From Terriglobia bacterium (GTDB lineage Bacteria; Acidobacteriota; Terriglobia; JAJPHL01; JAPKYU01), in assembly GCA_965223005.1 (NCBI GenBank), contig CBDCVK010000010.1:992001-1056000 (forward strand): DNA of 64,000 nt, in the 5' to 3' direction. Both the position numbers and the translations under genes were made by a program. Within the stretch, counting starts at the first letter, position 1, and each line of letters opens with the position of its first letter. The notes beneath the pieces were generated by a model. The model was not told the DNA's origin. It worked only from the letters and a program-made list of their open reading frames with translations, and made no database searches. Positions 38,049-47,869 of the stretch are shown here, in pieces.

Positions 38049-38744
38049 TCAGCTCTCAGGTTTCAGTACCTGCGTCAGCCAGCCAACGATGGTGTCCAGC
38101 GCTTCGGTGTAGACCTGTGTCTGCGGCCGGCCGCGGACGCGGAAGGAGTGGTCGCCGTCCTCAATCCAGACCAACGTGGCACGGCGTCCGGGCCCACTGC
38201 CGGCGAGCCGTTCGACGACCGGGACCAACAAATCCCTTTGGGCAAAGGCATCTCGGGTCCCGGACAGGAATAGCATCGGGCAGCGAATGGAGTACAGGTG
38301 CTGGTCCCGGATCTGCTGCGGCCTGCCGAGCGGGTGGAGCGGATAACCTAGAAACACCAGCGCGTGGGCGGGGTAGCCGGCGGCGACCAGATGGGAGGCG
38401 ATGCGCCCGCCCATGGACTTGCCGCCTAGCACAATTTTCGGCTCTCGAGGGGCAGGCACCTTCGCTTGCCCGCGCGCGAAGTCGGCCGCGGCACGATAGC
38501 AGGTTTCCAACAGTGGCCGGCGGTCTGGCAGGTTCCGTTTGGCTTCCTTGTAAGGGAAATTGAAGCGCACCGCCAAGCAGCCGCGCTCAGCCAGGCCGTC
38601 GTGGAACACCCGCATGAACTCGGAATCTATGCCGCTGCCCGCGCCGTGGGCAAGCACGGCGACGGTGCGTGAGGCGGGCTCTCCGGCCAAGGCCGCCGAG
38701 ACGCGCTCGGCCCCGGGAACCGCAATGGTGACCCGCTGTTCCAA
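38049..38744 (-). CDS. Alpha/beta hydrolase
   Basis: AHGAG, GGKSMGG, YPLHP, GTRD, GDHSF. Confidence 0.9.
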   Translation of the reverse strand: MEQRVTIAVPGAERVSAALAGEPASRTVAVLAHGAGSGIDSEFMRVFHDGLAERGCLAVRFNFPYKEAKRNLPDRRPLLETCYRAAADFARGQAKVPAPREPKIVLGGKSMGGRIASHLVAAGYPAHALVFLGYPLHPLGRPQQIRDQHLYSIRCPMLFLSGTRDAFAQRDLLVPVVERLAGSGPGRRATLVWIEDGDHSFRVRGRPQTQVYTEALDTIVGWLTQVLKPES

Positions 38745-38852
38745 TGGCTCGCGGCCAGGGAGGGGAAAGGGGGATTTTCCCCAGCGAGAGGTCGCAGCAC
38801 GACGCTTCAGAGCATGACTCTGCGCGTCCTTCCGCGACCCAACGGTGAGAAG

Positions 38853-39137
38853 CTACTTCCTGCTCCTGTTGACTGCGGCTTTCAGTTCGGCGCCGGGCGC
38901 GAACTTGGCCACGCGCCGGGCGGCGATTTTCAGTGGCCGTCCGTTCTGTGGATTGCGTCCGGTGCGCGCCTTGCGGTGAGAAGTGGAAAAGGTGCCAAAC
39001 CCGACCAGGGTTACCCGGCCTCCCTTCTTGAGAGCGCCGGTCACACCTTCTACCAGCGCGTCCAGGGCGCGGTTGGCCTGCACCTTGCTGATGCCAGCAT
39101 CGTTCGAAACCCGCTCAATCAAGTCTCCCTTATTCAT
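38853..39137 (-). CDS. hup: HU DNA-binding protein
   Basis: MNKGDLI...GFGTF...RTGRNPQ. Confidence 0.95.
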   Translation of the reverse strand: MNKGDLIERVSNDAGISKVQANRALDALVEGVTGALKKGGRVTLVGFGTFSTSHRKARTGRNPQNGRPLKIAARRVAKFAPGAELKAAVNRSRK

Positions 39138-39185
39138 GAAGACATCCTCCTGGTTTGTTGCAGCGGTAGAGCAGATTGCGGCGAG

Positions 39186-39214
39186 TTTATAGCACCCACC
39201 CCGCACCTTGTCAA
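39186..39214 (-). promoter_or_regulatory. sigma70 promoter of hup
   Basis: TTGACA-17nt-TATAAA with TGn extension. Confidence 0.75.
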
Positions 39215-39297
39215 CCAAAGAAATCGGTGGCGCGATCGCTGCCATCAGGCCAGCGCCTGCTTGCAGCCAAGAGGGTTCAAGAGCAATCAGCGCATTG

Positions 39298-39984
39298 TTA
39301 CGGCTTGCGGCCGGAGATGGAGGGCGGCCGGCCGCGAAGGGCGTCGTCCAGGCTGACTTCGAAATACATCAGCGGCTGTGAGTTGTGGGCCCAGACAAGC
39401 TGGGTGAGGTAGAGCTTGGAACCGGACAGCCAGTCCCTACCACTCCCGATCTCGAAGTAGAAGAAGCCGCTGGCCGTGGACTCCGGCGGCAGCAGGCGCA
39501 TGTTGAACTCGTGAACCAGCACTTCCATGACTATGTTTGCCCGTGACCCGCCGGGTAAGCGCGGCAGTGGGTAGGGCACCGTTCGGCGCGGCTGTTTCCC
39601 TTTCCCCGTCAGCCGTTGAACCACAACCCCCGCCGGGGTGGGCTCGATCTTCTGCCGGTCCCTCGTCAGCAATTGCACCAAAAGGTCATCCAGGCGCACC
39701 GTCTTGTCCGTCGTGTTGGCAATCACCACCAGCACCGGCAGGATGCCCGCTTTCGCCAGATTGTGCTTTCCGAAAACCGGCTTGGCTTTCTGGCGGGTCT
39801 CGAACGGTTCGGCGGCCGCGATTAACCCCTCGTGCGCGTCGCGTGCCGGATAGGCCTCCGCGGGCTTGGCACGGAACGCCAAGCGCTCCTTCTCGCCGGC
39901 CACAGCGCCACAGGCCCACAGCGCCACTCCCAGCAAGGCAACCCAACCGCGAATCCTTAGCCTGGGCCGCCGGTGTCGAGTCAT
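39298..39984 (-). CDS. Exported hypothetical protein
   Basis: Signal-peptide-like N-terminus; GILPVLVVIAN; ASGFFYF. Confidence 0.75.
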   Translation of the reverse strand: MTRHRRPRLRIRGWVALLGVALWACGAVAGEKERLAFRAKPAEAYPARDAHEGLIAAAEPFETRQKAKPVFGKHNLAKAGILPVLVVIANTTDKTVRLDDLLVQLLTRDRQKIEPTPAGVVVQRLTGKGKQPRRTVPYPLPRLPGGSRANIVMEVLVHEFNMRLLPPESTASGFFYFEIGSGRDWLSGSKLYLTQLVWAHNSQPLMYFEVSLDDALRGRPPSISGRKP

Positions 39985-40108
39985 CAACCAATTATGGGAA
40001 CGGGACGTTAGTTCAGCAAGATAGAGTTGCTCGGCAAGATATAATGGGGACCGGACCGGTAGAACAACCATTTTCGCCAGTTTCCGTTTTACCCTTCGCT
40101 CGGAACAG

Positions 40109-41458
40109 ATGTATCTTCTCTACAGTTTCCTGCTGGCCCTGGCTGCCCTGGTGATGTTCCCTTACTTTCTGGTGCAGGGCCTGCGCCACGGAAAGTATCT
40201 GGGCAGCCTCCGCGCGCGGCTGGGCTGGGTGCCGGAGACGGCCCGCACCCCAGGAGACGCGCTGTGGCTCCATGCGGTTTCCGTGGGAGAAGTGCTGGCC
40301 TGCCAGAGCCTGCTGGCCGGGCTCAGGCGGCGTTTCCCGCAGCGGCCCCTGCTGGTTTCCACCACCACTGAGACGGGGTTTCGCACGGCGCAGCAGCGAC
40401 GGGAAACTGGGGCGCTTGAAGCCGATGGCATTTTCTACTGCCCCTTCGATTTTCGCTTTTCCGTGCGGCGGGTGCTGCGGCGCGTGCGGCCGGCGTTGCT
40501 CTTGGTGGCGGAAACCGAGTTCTGGCCAAACCTGTTCCGGGAAGCCTCCAGGAGCGGAGCTCGAGTGGTTGTGGTGAATGCGCGGATCTCCGATCACTCA
40601 TTTCCTGGATACCGCCTCTTCCGCCTTTTTGTCCAGAAGGTGTTGAACCAGACGACGCTGCTGCTGGCGCAGTCGGAGGTAGATGCCGAACGCCTGCGGC
40701 AGCTGGGTGCGGATCCGCCGCGCGTCCGGGTTGCCGGAAACTTGAAATTTGATCGGGAAGCTGCCGCTCCGCTGCCGCCTTGGCTGGACCGGCAGCTCAG
40801 CCGCTGGACTGCGCCGGGGGCTCTGGTAGCCGGCAGCACCGCCGTTGGTGAAGAGGAAATTGTTCTGGCGGCGTTCCAGCGACTTCGCGCGCAGCGGCCC
40901 GCGTTGCGCCTTCTGCTGGCCCCGCGTCGCCCGGAGCGGTTCGAGGAGGTGGCGGAGTTGATCGAGGCCCGCGGCTTCCGTTTGGCACGCCGCTCGCGGC
41001 TCACCTCGGCGCCGGCCGCAGAGCCAGACGCGGAGCCAGATGTGGAGATTGACCCGGAGGCAGCCGTGCTGCTTTTGGACAGCGTGGGCGAGTTGGGCGC
41101 CGCCTATCGGTACGCCACCGTCGCGTTTGTGGGCGGCAGTTTGGTGCCCCACGGCGGGCAGAATATCCTGGAAGCGGCGCAGTTTGCCCGTCCGGTGGTA
41201 GTGGGTCCATACATGCAGAATTTCCGGGACATTACGCACGCATTTCGCGCGGCAGGCGCGTTGCGGCAGGTCGCTTCGGGCGCCGAATTGTCCCCCGCAA
41301 TCGAGCAGCTTTTCGCCGATCCCGTTGCCGCGGCGGCGATGGGTCAGGCCGGCCGCCGGTTGCTGGAGGCCAATCGCGGCGCCACCGAACGGGTGCTCGA
41401 GGCTGTGGCCGCGCTGCTGCCAGCGCCGGCTAAGGTGGCCGTGGGGCGGACCTTATGA
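40109..41458 (+). CDS. waaA: Kdo transferase
   Basis: WLHAVSVGE, ETEFWPN, NARISD, GNLKFD, GGQNILEAA. Confidence 0.95.
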   Translation: MYLLYSFLLALAALVMFPYFLVQGLRHGKYLGSLRARLGWVPETARTPGDALWLHAVSVGEVLACQSLLAGLRRRFPQRPLLVSTTTETGFRTAQQRRETGALEADGIFYCPFDFRFSVRRVLRRVRPALLLVAETEFWPNLFREASRSGARVVVVNARISDHSFPGYRLFRLFVQKVLNQTTLLLAQSEVDAERLRQLGADPPRVRVAGNLKFDREAAAPLPPWLDRQLSRWTAPGALVAGSTAVGEEEIVLAAFQRLRAQRPALRLLLAPRRPERFEEVAELIEARGFRLARRSRLTSAPAAEPDAEPDVEIDPEAAVLLLDSVGELGAAYRYATVAFVGGSLVPHGGQNILEAAQFARPVVVGPYMQNFRDITHAFRAAGALRQVASGAELSPAIEQLFADPVAAAAMGQAGRRLLEANRGATERVLEAVAALLPAPAKVAVGRTL

Positions 41459-41474
41459 GCGTGCTGCTGTGGCT

Positions 41475-42518
41475 ATGAGTGTAGTGCTGTGGCCGGCGGC
41501 ACGTCTGTGGTCGCTCGCCGCGCGCACACGTGTCCGCCTGTACGCTTCGGGCACCTGGCGCCAGCAACGGCTGGACCGCCCGGTAGTCAGCGTCGGCAAC
41601 CTCTCGGCAGGCGGAGCGGGGAAGACCCCGTTCGTCATCTGGCTCTTCTCCGCACTGGTGGAGCGCGGTCTGAGACCGGCGGTGCTGACGCGCGGCTATC
41701 GGCGTCCGGCCGGAGGGGAAACGCTACTGTTCACTCGCGCAGGCCACGGTGCCGCATGGCCGCCGGACGCTGTGAGCGCGGGCGACGAAGTACAGGTGAT
41801 GCTGCGGCATGGGCTGGCACCTGTTGGCGTTGACGGGAACCGCCTCCGGGCCGGACGAGCACTGGAAGCCCAGGGCGCAGTGGACGTACACCTGCTCGAT
41901 GACGGGTTTCAACATCTGGCACTGGGCCGGGACCTAGACATTGTGCTGGTGGACAGCACCCGCCCACCGTGGGAGGATGACCTGCTACCGGCTGGGCGGC
42001 TGCGAGAGTCACCTTCGGCCTTGGGACGTGCTGGAGTTATCGTGTTAACCCGGGTGCAGGATTGGACGGCGAGAGGGCAGCTGGAAACGCGCCTAAGAGG
42101 CGTGGCGCCGCAGGCCGAGATTTACGGGGCGCGCACGCGCCTGACGGCCGACGTTGGCGCAGCCGAGCCTTCGGTTCCAAGCCTCTCATCTGCGTCCTCG
42201 CAGCCTGCTCTGGCGTTTGCGGGTGTAGGCAATCCGAGGGCCTTCTTCGCCGACCTTTGCTTGGCGGGGTTTCGGGTCGTGGGCACGCAGCCGTTTCGCG
42301 ACCACCATCGCTACACGGCGCGCGACCTGCGGCGACTCGAGCAGCGCGCCCGCCAGGTGGGCGCCGAAGCGCTCGTCACCACCGAGAAGGACGCCGCCAA
42401 TCTGTCCGACTCCTGCCGAAACGGGCTGGAGCTGCCACTGCGGGTCGTGGGAATGGAGCTGGAGGTGGAACAGGGGGCCGCGCTGGTAGATCGCGTCGCG
42501 GGGTTGGTGCGTAAATGA
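41475..42518 (+). CDS. lpxK: Tetraacyldisaccharide 4'-kinase
   Basis: SVGNLSAGGAGKTP, RGY, DDGFQH, TTEKD. Confidence 0.95.
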   Translation: MSVVLWPAARLWSLAARTRVRLYASGTWRQQRLDRPVVSVGNLSAGGAGKTPFVIWLFSALVERGLRPAVLTRGYRRPAGGETLLFTRAGHGAAWPPDAVSAGDEVQVMLRHGLAPVGVDGNRLRAGRALEAQGAVDVHLLDDGFQHLALGRDLDIVLVDSTRPPWEDDLLPAGRLRESPSALGRAGVIVLTRVQDWTARGQLETRLRGVAPQAEIYGARTRLTADVGAAEPSVPSLSSASSQPALAFAGVGNPRAFFADLCLAGFRVVGTQPFRDHHRYTARDLRRLEQRARQVGAEALVTTEKDAANLSDSCRNGLELPLRVVGMELEVEQGAALVDRVAGLVRK

Positions 42519-43576
42519 GCCGGCTGGTCGAAGCGCGGAGAATCCTGGTGCGGGCCACCAACTGGGTGGGCGATGCGGTGATGACTCTGCCGGCACTGCG
42601 CGAGCTGCGCCGAGCGTTGCCGGCTGCCCACATCACCCTGCTGGCCCGGCCCTGGGTCAGCACCGTCTTCGAGCGAGAAGCTGTCGCTGACCGCCTGCTG
42701 CTGTATCCCAGCAATGGAAGCATGGGCTGGCGCCAGACCGCCGTCGCGCTGCGCACGGAGCGCTTCGACGCGGCGGTGCTGTTCCAGAACGCTTTCGAAG
42801 CCGCTCTGCTGGCCCGCTGGGCGCGGGTTCCGGTCCGCTGCGGCTACGCCCGCGACGGCCGGTCCTGGCTGCTGACCCACGCGGTCCCGGTCCCGCGCCA
42901 GGACGAGATTCCTGCGCACGAGTGCTACTACTACCTGGAGTTGCTGCGGCGCCTGAACGTGCTGCCGGAACTGCCGCAGGTCTCCCAGATCCTGCTGGCC
43001 CGACTGCCCTCGCGAGAAATTGGCCGCGACAAGCTGGTGAGCTTTGGTCTGCCTGACGCCTTTCGCGGTCCAGTGATCGGGATCAATCCGGGAGCCATGT
43101 TTGGTACGGCGAAGCGTTGGTTCCCGTCGCGGTTCGCCGCGGTGGGACAGGCCCTGGCCGCGCAAGGCGCGGCCGTGGTCCTGTTCGGCGCTGCCTCGGA
43201 ACGCAAGCTGGCTGAGGAAGTGGCCGCCACCGTTGGCCCGGCGGCAGTTTCCACCGCTGGCCGCACGAGCCTGAGCGAATTTCTCGAGCTGGTGGCAGGC
43301 TGCGATCTGTTTCTGACCAACGACACCGGCACCATGCATCTGGCCGCAGCGGCCGGCGTTCCGGTGCTGGCGATCTTCGGAGCCACGGACGAAGTGGCCA
43401 CCGCCCCGCTCGGCCCTTGTGTCCGGATCATCAAGAAGCCAGTGCCGTGCAGCCCCTGCAAGCTGCGCGATTGTCCCATTGACCATCGCTGCATGAGCGG
43501 CGTGGAGACCGAGGAGGTGCTGGCTGCCGCGCAGCAGATGCTGGGAGAACCCAGTCTTCGTCGAGGCCATGCCTAA
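42515..43576 (+). CDS. waaF: LPS heptosyltransferase II (GT9)
   Basis: NWVGDAVM, NPGA..AKRW, NDTGTMHLA. Confidence 0.9.
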   Translation: MSRLVEARRILVRATNWVGDAVMTLPALRELRRALPAAHITLLARPWVSTVFEREAVADRLLLYPSNGSMGWRQTAVALRTERFDAAVLFQNAFEAALLARWARVPVRCGYARDGRSWLLTHAVPVPRQDEIPAHECYYYLELLRRLNVLPELPQVSQILLARLPSREIGRDKLVSFGLPDAFRGPVIGINPGAMFGTAKRWFPSRFAAVGQALAAQGAAVVLFGAASERKLAEEVAATVGPAAVSTAGRTSLSEFLELVAGCDLFLTNDTGTMHLAAAAGVPVLAIFGATDEVATAPLGPCVRIIKKPVPCSPCKLRDCPIDHRCMSGVETEEVLAAAQQMLGEPSLRRGHA

Positions 43577-43618
43577 TTCACCCTTGCCTTGTCCGGGTTC
43601 AAAAGGAGCAGCGAACCG

Positions 43619-44710
43619 TTGAGCCAGGAAAAGCCAAGTACGTATCTGGAGATTCTCGAGCGCTTCCCCGCACAGACGGTGTTGGTGGTTGGCGATCTGG
43701 TGGCCGACGAGTTCGTGCTGGGCGAGATTTCCCGGGTTTCGCGGGAAGCCGCAGTGCTCATTTTGAAGCACCGGCAGACGCAGATTCTGCCTGGTGGCGG
43801 CGCCAACGCGGCGTATAACCTGGCCGATCTCGGGGCCAAGGTGATTCCAGTGGGGGTGGTTGGCGACGACGACGCCGGGCGGGCGTTGCTGGAGTGTTTT
43901 CGCAAGCGCCGCGTGGAAACACGCGGCGTCGTGGTGGCGCGCGAATTGACCACCACCACCAAGAGCCGCGTTCTAGCTGGTACAGTGCACGGCAGCCGCC
44001 AGCAGGTAGTGAGGATTGACCGCGAGCCCGCGCAGCCGGCCTCCCCGGCCCGGCGGGCGGAGGTCCAGCGGCGCGCACTGCGCCTGGGGCGCCGGGCAGA
44101 CGCCGCTCTGGTCTCCGACTACGGCTACGGCGCCACCTCTCCGGAACTGGCCGGTGCGCTGGGCGCTGCCCTCAATGGCCGTCCGGTGACGATTGATTCG
44201 CGCTTCGACCTGCTGAAGTACGCCGGAGCCACCGCGGCCACGCCGAATGAGCCGGAACTGGAAGAGGCGTTTCACGCGCGCATCGGCGCCGACACGCACA
44301 AGCTGGAGCACACGGCGCGAAGCGTGCTGCGCCGGATGCGGCTCGAGGCCCTGCTGGTTACTCGCGGGCGGCACGGAATGGTGCTGTTTGAGCCGCGCCG
44401 CCGCCCGGTGTACATCCCCGTCTGGGGCTCTGATGAGGTTGCGGACGTGACCGGGGCCGGCGACACGGTGATTGCCACCTTCACCCTGGCCCTGGCCGCC
44501 GGCGCCAGCTTTGAGCAGGCGGCGCGGCTGGCGAACTTTGCGGGCGGCATTGTGGTCATGAAGCGCGGCACGGCCACCGCAACCTTGGAGGAACTTCGAG
44601 AGGCAGTCACGAGCAGGGAAGCGCTCGGCCCGGCAGTGCCGGACAGGGGCCGGACAGGGGCCGGGCAAGGGCGGGGCAAGGGCCGGGCAAGGGGAGATGA
44701 ACACAGCTGA
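43619..44710 (+). CDS. D-glycero-D-manno-heptose 7-phosphate kinase (RfaE domain I / HldA)
   Basis: VSREA, GGGANAA, SDYGYG, TPNE, DVTGAGDT; AAGGAG before TTG 43619. Confidence 0.9.
   Translation: MSQEKPSTYLEILERFPAQTVLVVGDLVADEFVLGEISRVSREAAVLILKHRQTQILPGGGANAAYNLADLGAKVIPVGVVGDDDAGRALLECFRKRRVETRGVVVARELTTTTKSRVLAGTVHGSRQQVVRIDREPAQPASPARRAEVQRRALRLGRRADAALVSDYGYGATSPELAGALGAALNGRPVTIDSRFDLLKYAGATAATPNEPELEEAFHARIGADTHKLEHTARSVLRRMRLEALLVTRGRHGMVLFEPRRRPVYIPVWGSDEVADVTGAGDTVIATFTLALAAGASFEQAARLANFAGGIVVMKRGTATATLEELREAVTSREALGPAVPDRGRTGAGQGRGKGRARGDEHS
44638..44692 (+). repeat. Five tandem 11-bp G-rich units
   Basis: gccggacaggg x2, gccgggcaagg, gcggggcaagg, gccgggcaagg. Confidence 0.9.
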
Positions 44711-45191
44711 CAAATTCGTGGGCCGCGTGCGAGCGCGCGAGCTTGCGGACCAGGCGCGGGGCGACGGGCGCCGCCTGGTGCTGGCCAACGGCTGCTTTGA
44801 CCTGCTGCACGCGGGCCATGTGCGTTACCTGCAGGGCGCGCGAGCCTGCGGCGACCTGCTGGTAGTGGGCATTAACTCCGACCGAAGCGTGCGCGCTCTG
44901 AAGGGCGACGGGCGCCCGCTGATGGACCAGCAAGCGCGCGCTCGCATGGTGGCCGCCCTGTCGGCGGTGGACTGGGTCGTCATCTTCGACGAGCCAGACG
45001 TGACCGCGCTGCTGAGGGAACTGCGCCCGCAGGTCCACGCCAAAGGCACCGACTACACCTCCGAGACCGTGCCCGAGCGGGAGACGATGCGCGCTCTGGG
45101 CGGCGAGGTCGCCATTGTCGGCGACGCCAAGCACCACTCGACCCGCGACCTGATCAGCCGCATCGTGAAGGCGCAAGACAGTACGCAGTAG
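44697..45191 (+). CDS. Heptose 1-phosphate adenylyltransferase (RfaE domain II / HldC)
   Basis: NGCFDLLHAGH, NSD.SV..LKG, KGTDY. Confidence 0.93.
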   Translation: MNTADKFVGRVRARELADQARGDGRRLVLANGCFDLLHAGHVRYLQGARACGDLLVVGINSDRSVRALKGDGRPLMDQQARARMVAALSAVDWVVIFDEPDVTALLRELRPQVHAKGTDYTSETVPERETMRALGGEVAIVGDAKHHSTRDLISRIVKAQDSTQ

Positions 45192-45263
45192 GCGGTAGGC
45201 AGGTGGGAGGCTAACTGTGCGGCTGGTACCTGAAACCTGGAACCTGACACCTGGCTTGGTTCG

Positions 45264-46316
45264 ATGCAAAGGATCTTGATTCTGCGCCTGGGCTCGATGG
45301 GCGACATTATTCACACGCTGCCGGCAGTGGCCACGCTGAAGCGCGGCTTCCCCGATGCGGAGATTGATTGGGTGGTGGAAGGGCACTGGGCGCCGCTGCT
45401 TGAGCGCAATCCGTATCTGGCCCAACTGCACCGGCTGGAAACACGCTCCTGGAGGCGGCGGCTGGCCGCAGCCGGCACTTGGCGCGCCTTGCTGGGGAGC
45501 GTCAGCCGGCTCCGGCGCCGGGGCTACGATTGCGCGCTGGACTTTCAGGGCCTTGTCAAGTCGGCCGTAGTGGGGCGCCTGAGCGGCGCGGTGTCGGTGG
45601 TGGGGTTCGGCCGTGCTGAATTGCGCGAACGGGCCGCCGCCCTGTTCTACACAGCGCAGGCGAGTCCCCCCGCAGACGGGCGTGCTGCCCACGTGGTGGA
45701 GCGGAACCTGGCGCTGGCTGCCGCGGTGGGAGCCAAAGAACCGGTGATGGAGTTTTGCTGTACGCCCGCCCCGGAAGCCGTGGCAAGCATGCGGGCGGCG
45801 ACGGCCGGCTCCGCCGGCCTGCCCAGCCTATCCCACGTGCCACGCTACGCGATCGTGAGCCCTTCGGCCGGTTGGGCCGCCAAGCGCTGGCCGGAGGAAG
45901 CCTATGCAGGCCTGGTGTTACGCCTCCGCCGGGAGCTGAGCTTGCGGGTAGTGATTCATTGTGGCCCCGGCGACGAGCTGATCGCCGAACGAGTGGCGGA
46001 ACTTGCCGCCGACGCCCGACCCCTGCTGCTGCGCCCTTCGCTGGGCGAATTGATGGCTTTGGTGCGCGAGGCGGCGCTGCTGGTGGCGGGCGACACCGGT
46101 CCGTTGCATCTGGCCGCTGCCTGCGGCACGCCAGTGGTGGCGGTCTTCGGCCCCACTGACCCGGCGCGCAACGGCCCCTTTTCTACAGCCAGCCGCGTGG
46201 TCCGGGCCGAGGACGCGTCGACCACCTACTCGCGGGCCGCCGACCGGCAAGCCATTCGCAGTGTCACGGTCGAGCAGGTGTTTCGTGCCGCGGACGAGCT
46301 GCTGCAGGCCCGATGA
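45264..46316 (+). CDS. waaC: LPS heptosyltransferase I (GT9)
   Basis: SMGDIIHTLP, DFQGLVKSA, GDTGPLHLA. Confidence 0.88.
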   Translation: MQRILILRLGSMGDIIHTLPAVATLKRGFPDAEIDWVVEGHWAPLLERNPYLAQLHRLETRSWRRRLAAAGTWRALLGSVSRLRRRGYDCALDFQGLVKSAVVGRLSGAVSVVGFGRAELRERAAALFYTAQASPPADGRAAHVVERNLALAAAVGAKEPVMEFCCTPAPEAVASMRAATAGSAGLPSLSHVPRYAIVSPSAGWAAKRWPEEAYAGLVLRLRRELSLRVVIHCGPGDELIAERVAELAADARPLLLRPSLGELMALVREAALLVAGDTGPLHLAAACGTPVVAVFGPTDPARNGPFSTASRVVRAEDASTTYSRAADRQAIRSVTVEQVFRAADELLQAR

Positions 46317-46858
46317 GTTGGAAGCGCTACGCCGAATTGGCTGCCCGCATCCGTGTCCCCTGCGGATTCCTGCTGGTGGCCGTCTATGCGTTCTTTACGC
46401 AGCCCAGTCCAAAACTGCTGACTCTAGGCGCGGCCGTGGCGCTGGCGGGGATTGCTCTGCGGGCGTACGCTGCCGGGCACCTGGAGAAGAATCTTCGGCT
46501 GGCAACTTCGGGACCCTATGCCTACTCACGCAACCCCCTCTACCTGGGCTCCGCTCTCGTGGCGCTGGGGTTCGCCCTGGCCGGAGGAGTCTGGTGGTTG
46601 GGACTGTTGTTGACGTTGTTCCTGGTGACGCTGTACCTGCCAGTGGTGAGCGAAGAAGAAGCGCATTTGGCCAAGCTGTTTCCCGAGTTCCGTGAGTACG
46701 CAGCGGCAGTGCCGCGATTCTGGCCCAGGCGGCCTGTCCGGGTCGAAAGGTCCGCCTCAAGCAGCTTCCGCTGGGCCTTGTATTCGAAGAACCAGGAGTA
46801 CAATGCGTTGCTGGGCTATCTGCTTGGCATTGCGTTGCTGCTTTGGAAGCTGCTCTAG
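46313..46858 (+). CDS. ICMT/PEMT-family membrane methyltransferase
   Basis: LATSGPYAYSRNPLYLG, EEAHL..F.EF.EY...VPRF. Confidence 0.88.
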   Translation: MSWKRYAELAARIRVPCGFLLVAVYAFFTQPSPKLLTLGAAVALAGIALRAYAAGHLEKNLRLATSGPYAYSRNPLYLGSALVALGFALAGGVWWLGLLLTLFLVTLYLPVVSEEEAHLAKLFPEFREYAAAVPRFWPRRPVRVERSASSSFRWALYSKNQEYNALLGYLLGIALLLWKLL

Positions 46859-46909
46859 TCGCCTGACTGGCTCATTCCGCTGTGCTGCCATGGTGCAGCC
46901 GCGGCACTT

Positions 46910-47722
46910 GTGGCAAAGGCTCACTCGATGACCCACGGCAACTGGGCGAAACTCGTTGGAGCGACACTTGCAGCAGCGCTACTGGGGGCGCTTGCGGCCT
47001 GGCCTCAGGCCTCCGGCCTTACCTCCGACACTACCGTTCCGTTCCCTTCGGGGGAGGTCCTGCGATACCGCATTTCGTGGCGGTTGTCCCCAGCTGGGGA
47101 AGGTCGCATCCAGGTTGAGGGCCATAGCCCAACCGACGGGCTACCTTACTGGGAAGCCACGGTCAAAGCCGCCTCCAATGGCTTTGTCTCCAAGTTGTTC
47201 CCGGTCAACGACACGTTGATTTCCCGCTTTGATAACGGGGCGATGTGTTCTCAATTCCTCCTCAAGACCCTGCACGAAGGCCGCCGGCACCGCTCCATCC
47301 GCATTGACTTCCAAAAGGAGCGCCAGATGGCAGTGCTGGAGGAAACCGACCCGAACCACGGCCGCCTGGTTCGTCAGGCCGAGAACTCCATCCCCAAATG
47401 CGCTTACGACCTAGTCTCCGCACTGTTCTACGTGCGTTCGCTGCCGCTGGTGGTCGGCCGGACCTTCCAGGTACCCGTCAACGATGGGTCTAAGACCCTG
47501 CCCATCCAGGTGGAAGTACAGGCCGAGGAAGAAGTGAGGACCGGCGCGGGGGACTTTCCCGCCATCCGTGTCGAACCCACAATTGTGGGTGGATACTTGT
47601 TCCAAGGAAGAGGCCGCTTGCACATCTGGTTCAGTGACGATCCCCAACGCCTCCCAGTTCAGATACGGGCCCGCTTATGGGTGGGCACCATCACCGCTGT
47701 CCTGGAAGAAATCGAACGCTAG
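46910..47722 (+). CDS. DUF3108-like exported protein
   Basis: FPSGEVLRY, DLVSALFYVR, IWFSDD..RLPV. Confidence 0.75.
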   Translation: MAKAHSMTHGNWAKLVGATLAAALLGALAAWPQASGLTSDTTVPFPSGEVLRYRISWRLSPAGEGRIQVEGHSPTDGLPYWEATVKAASNGFVSKLFPVNDTLISRFDNGAMCSQFLLKTLHEGRRHRSIRIDFQKERQMAVLEETDPNHGRLVRQAENSIPKCAYDLVSALFYVRSLPLVVGRTFQVPVNDGSKTLPIQVEVQAEEEVRTGAGDFPAIRVEPTIVGGYLFQGRGRLHIWFSDDPQRLPVQIRARLWVGTITAVLEEIER

Positions 47723-47869
47723 AAGATCGTCCCATTGCCGGGGGAGTTGGCCTATGTTCATTTCGCCCTATGGCCGAGTTCGTCCAAAACATGACTGGTC
47801 GGATGTATACTTGCGGCCACCAGAAGCCGAAAACGGAAATCCTGGCTTAAGCCCTCAAAGGAGCGAGAC

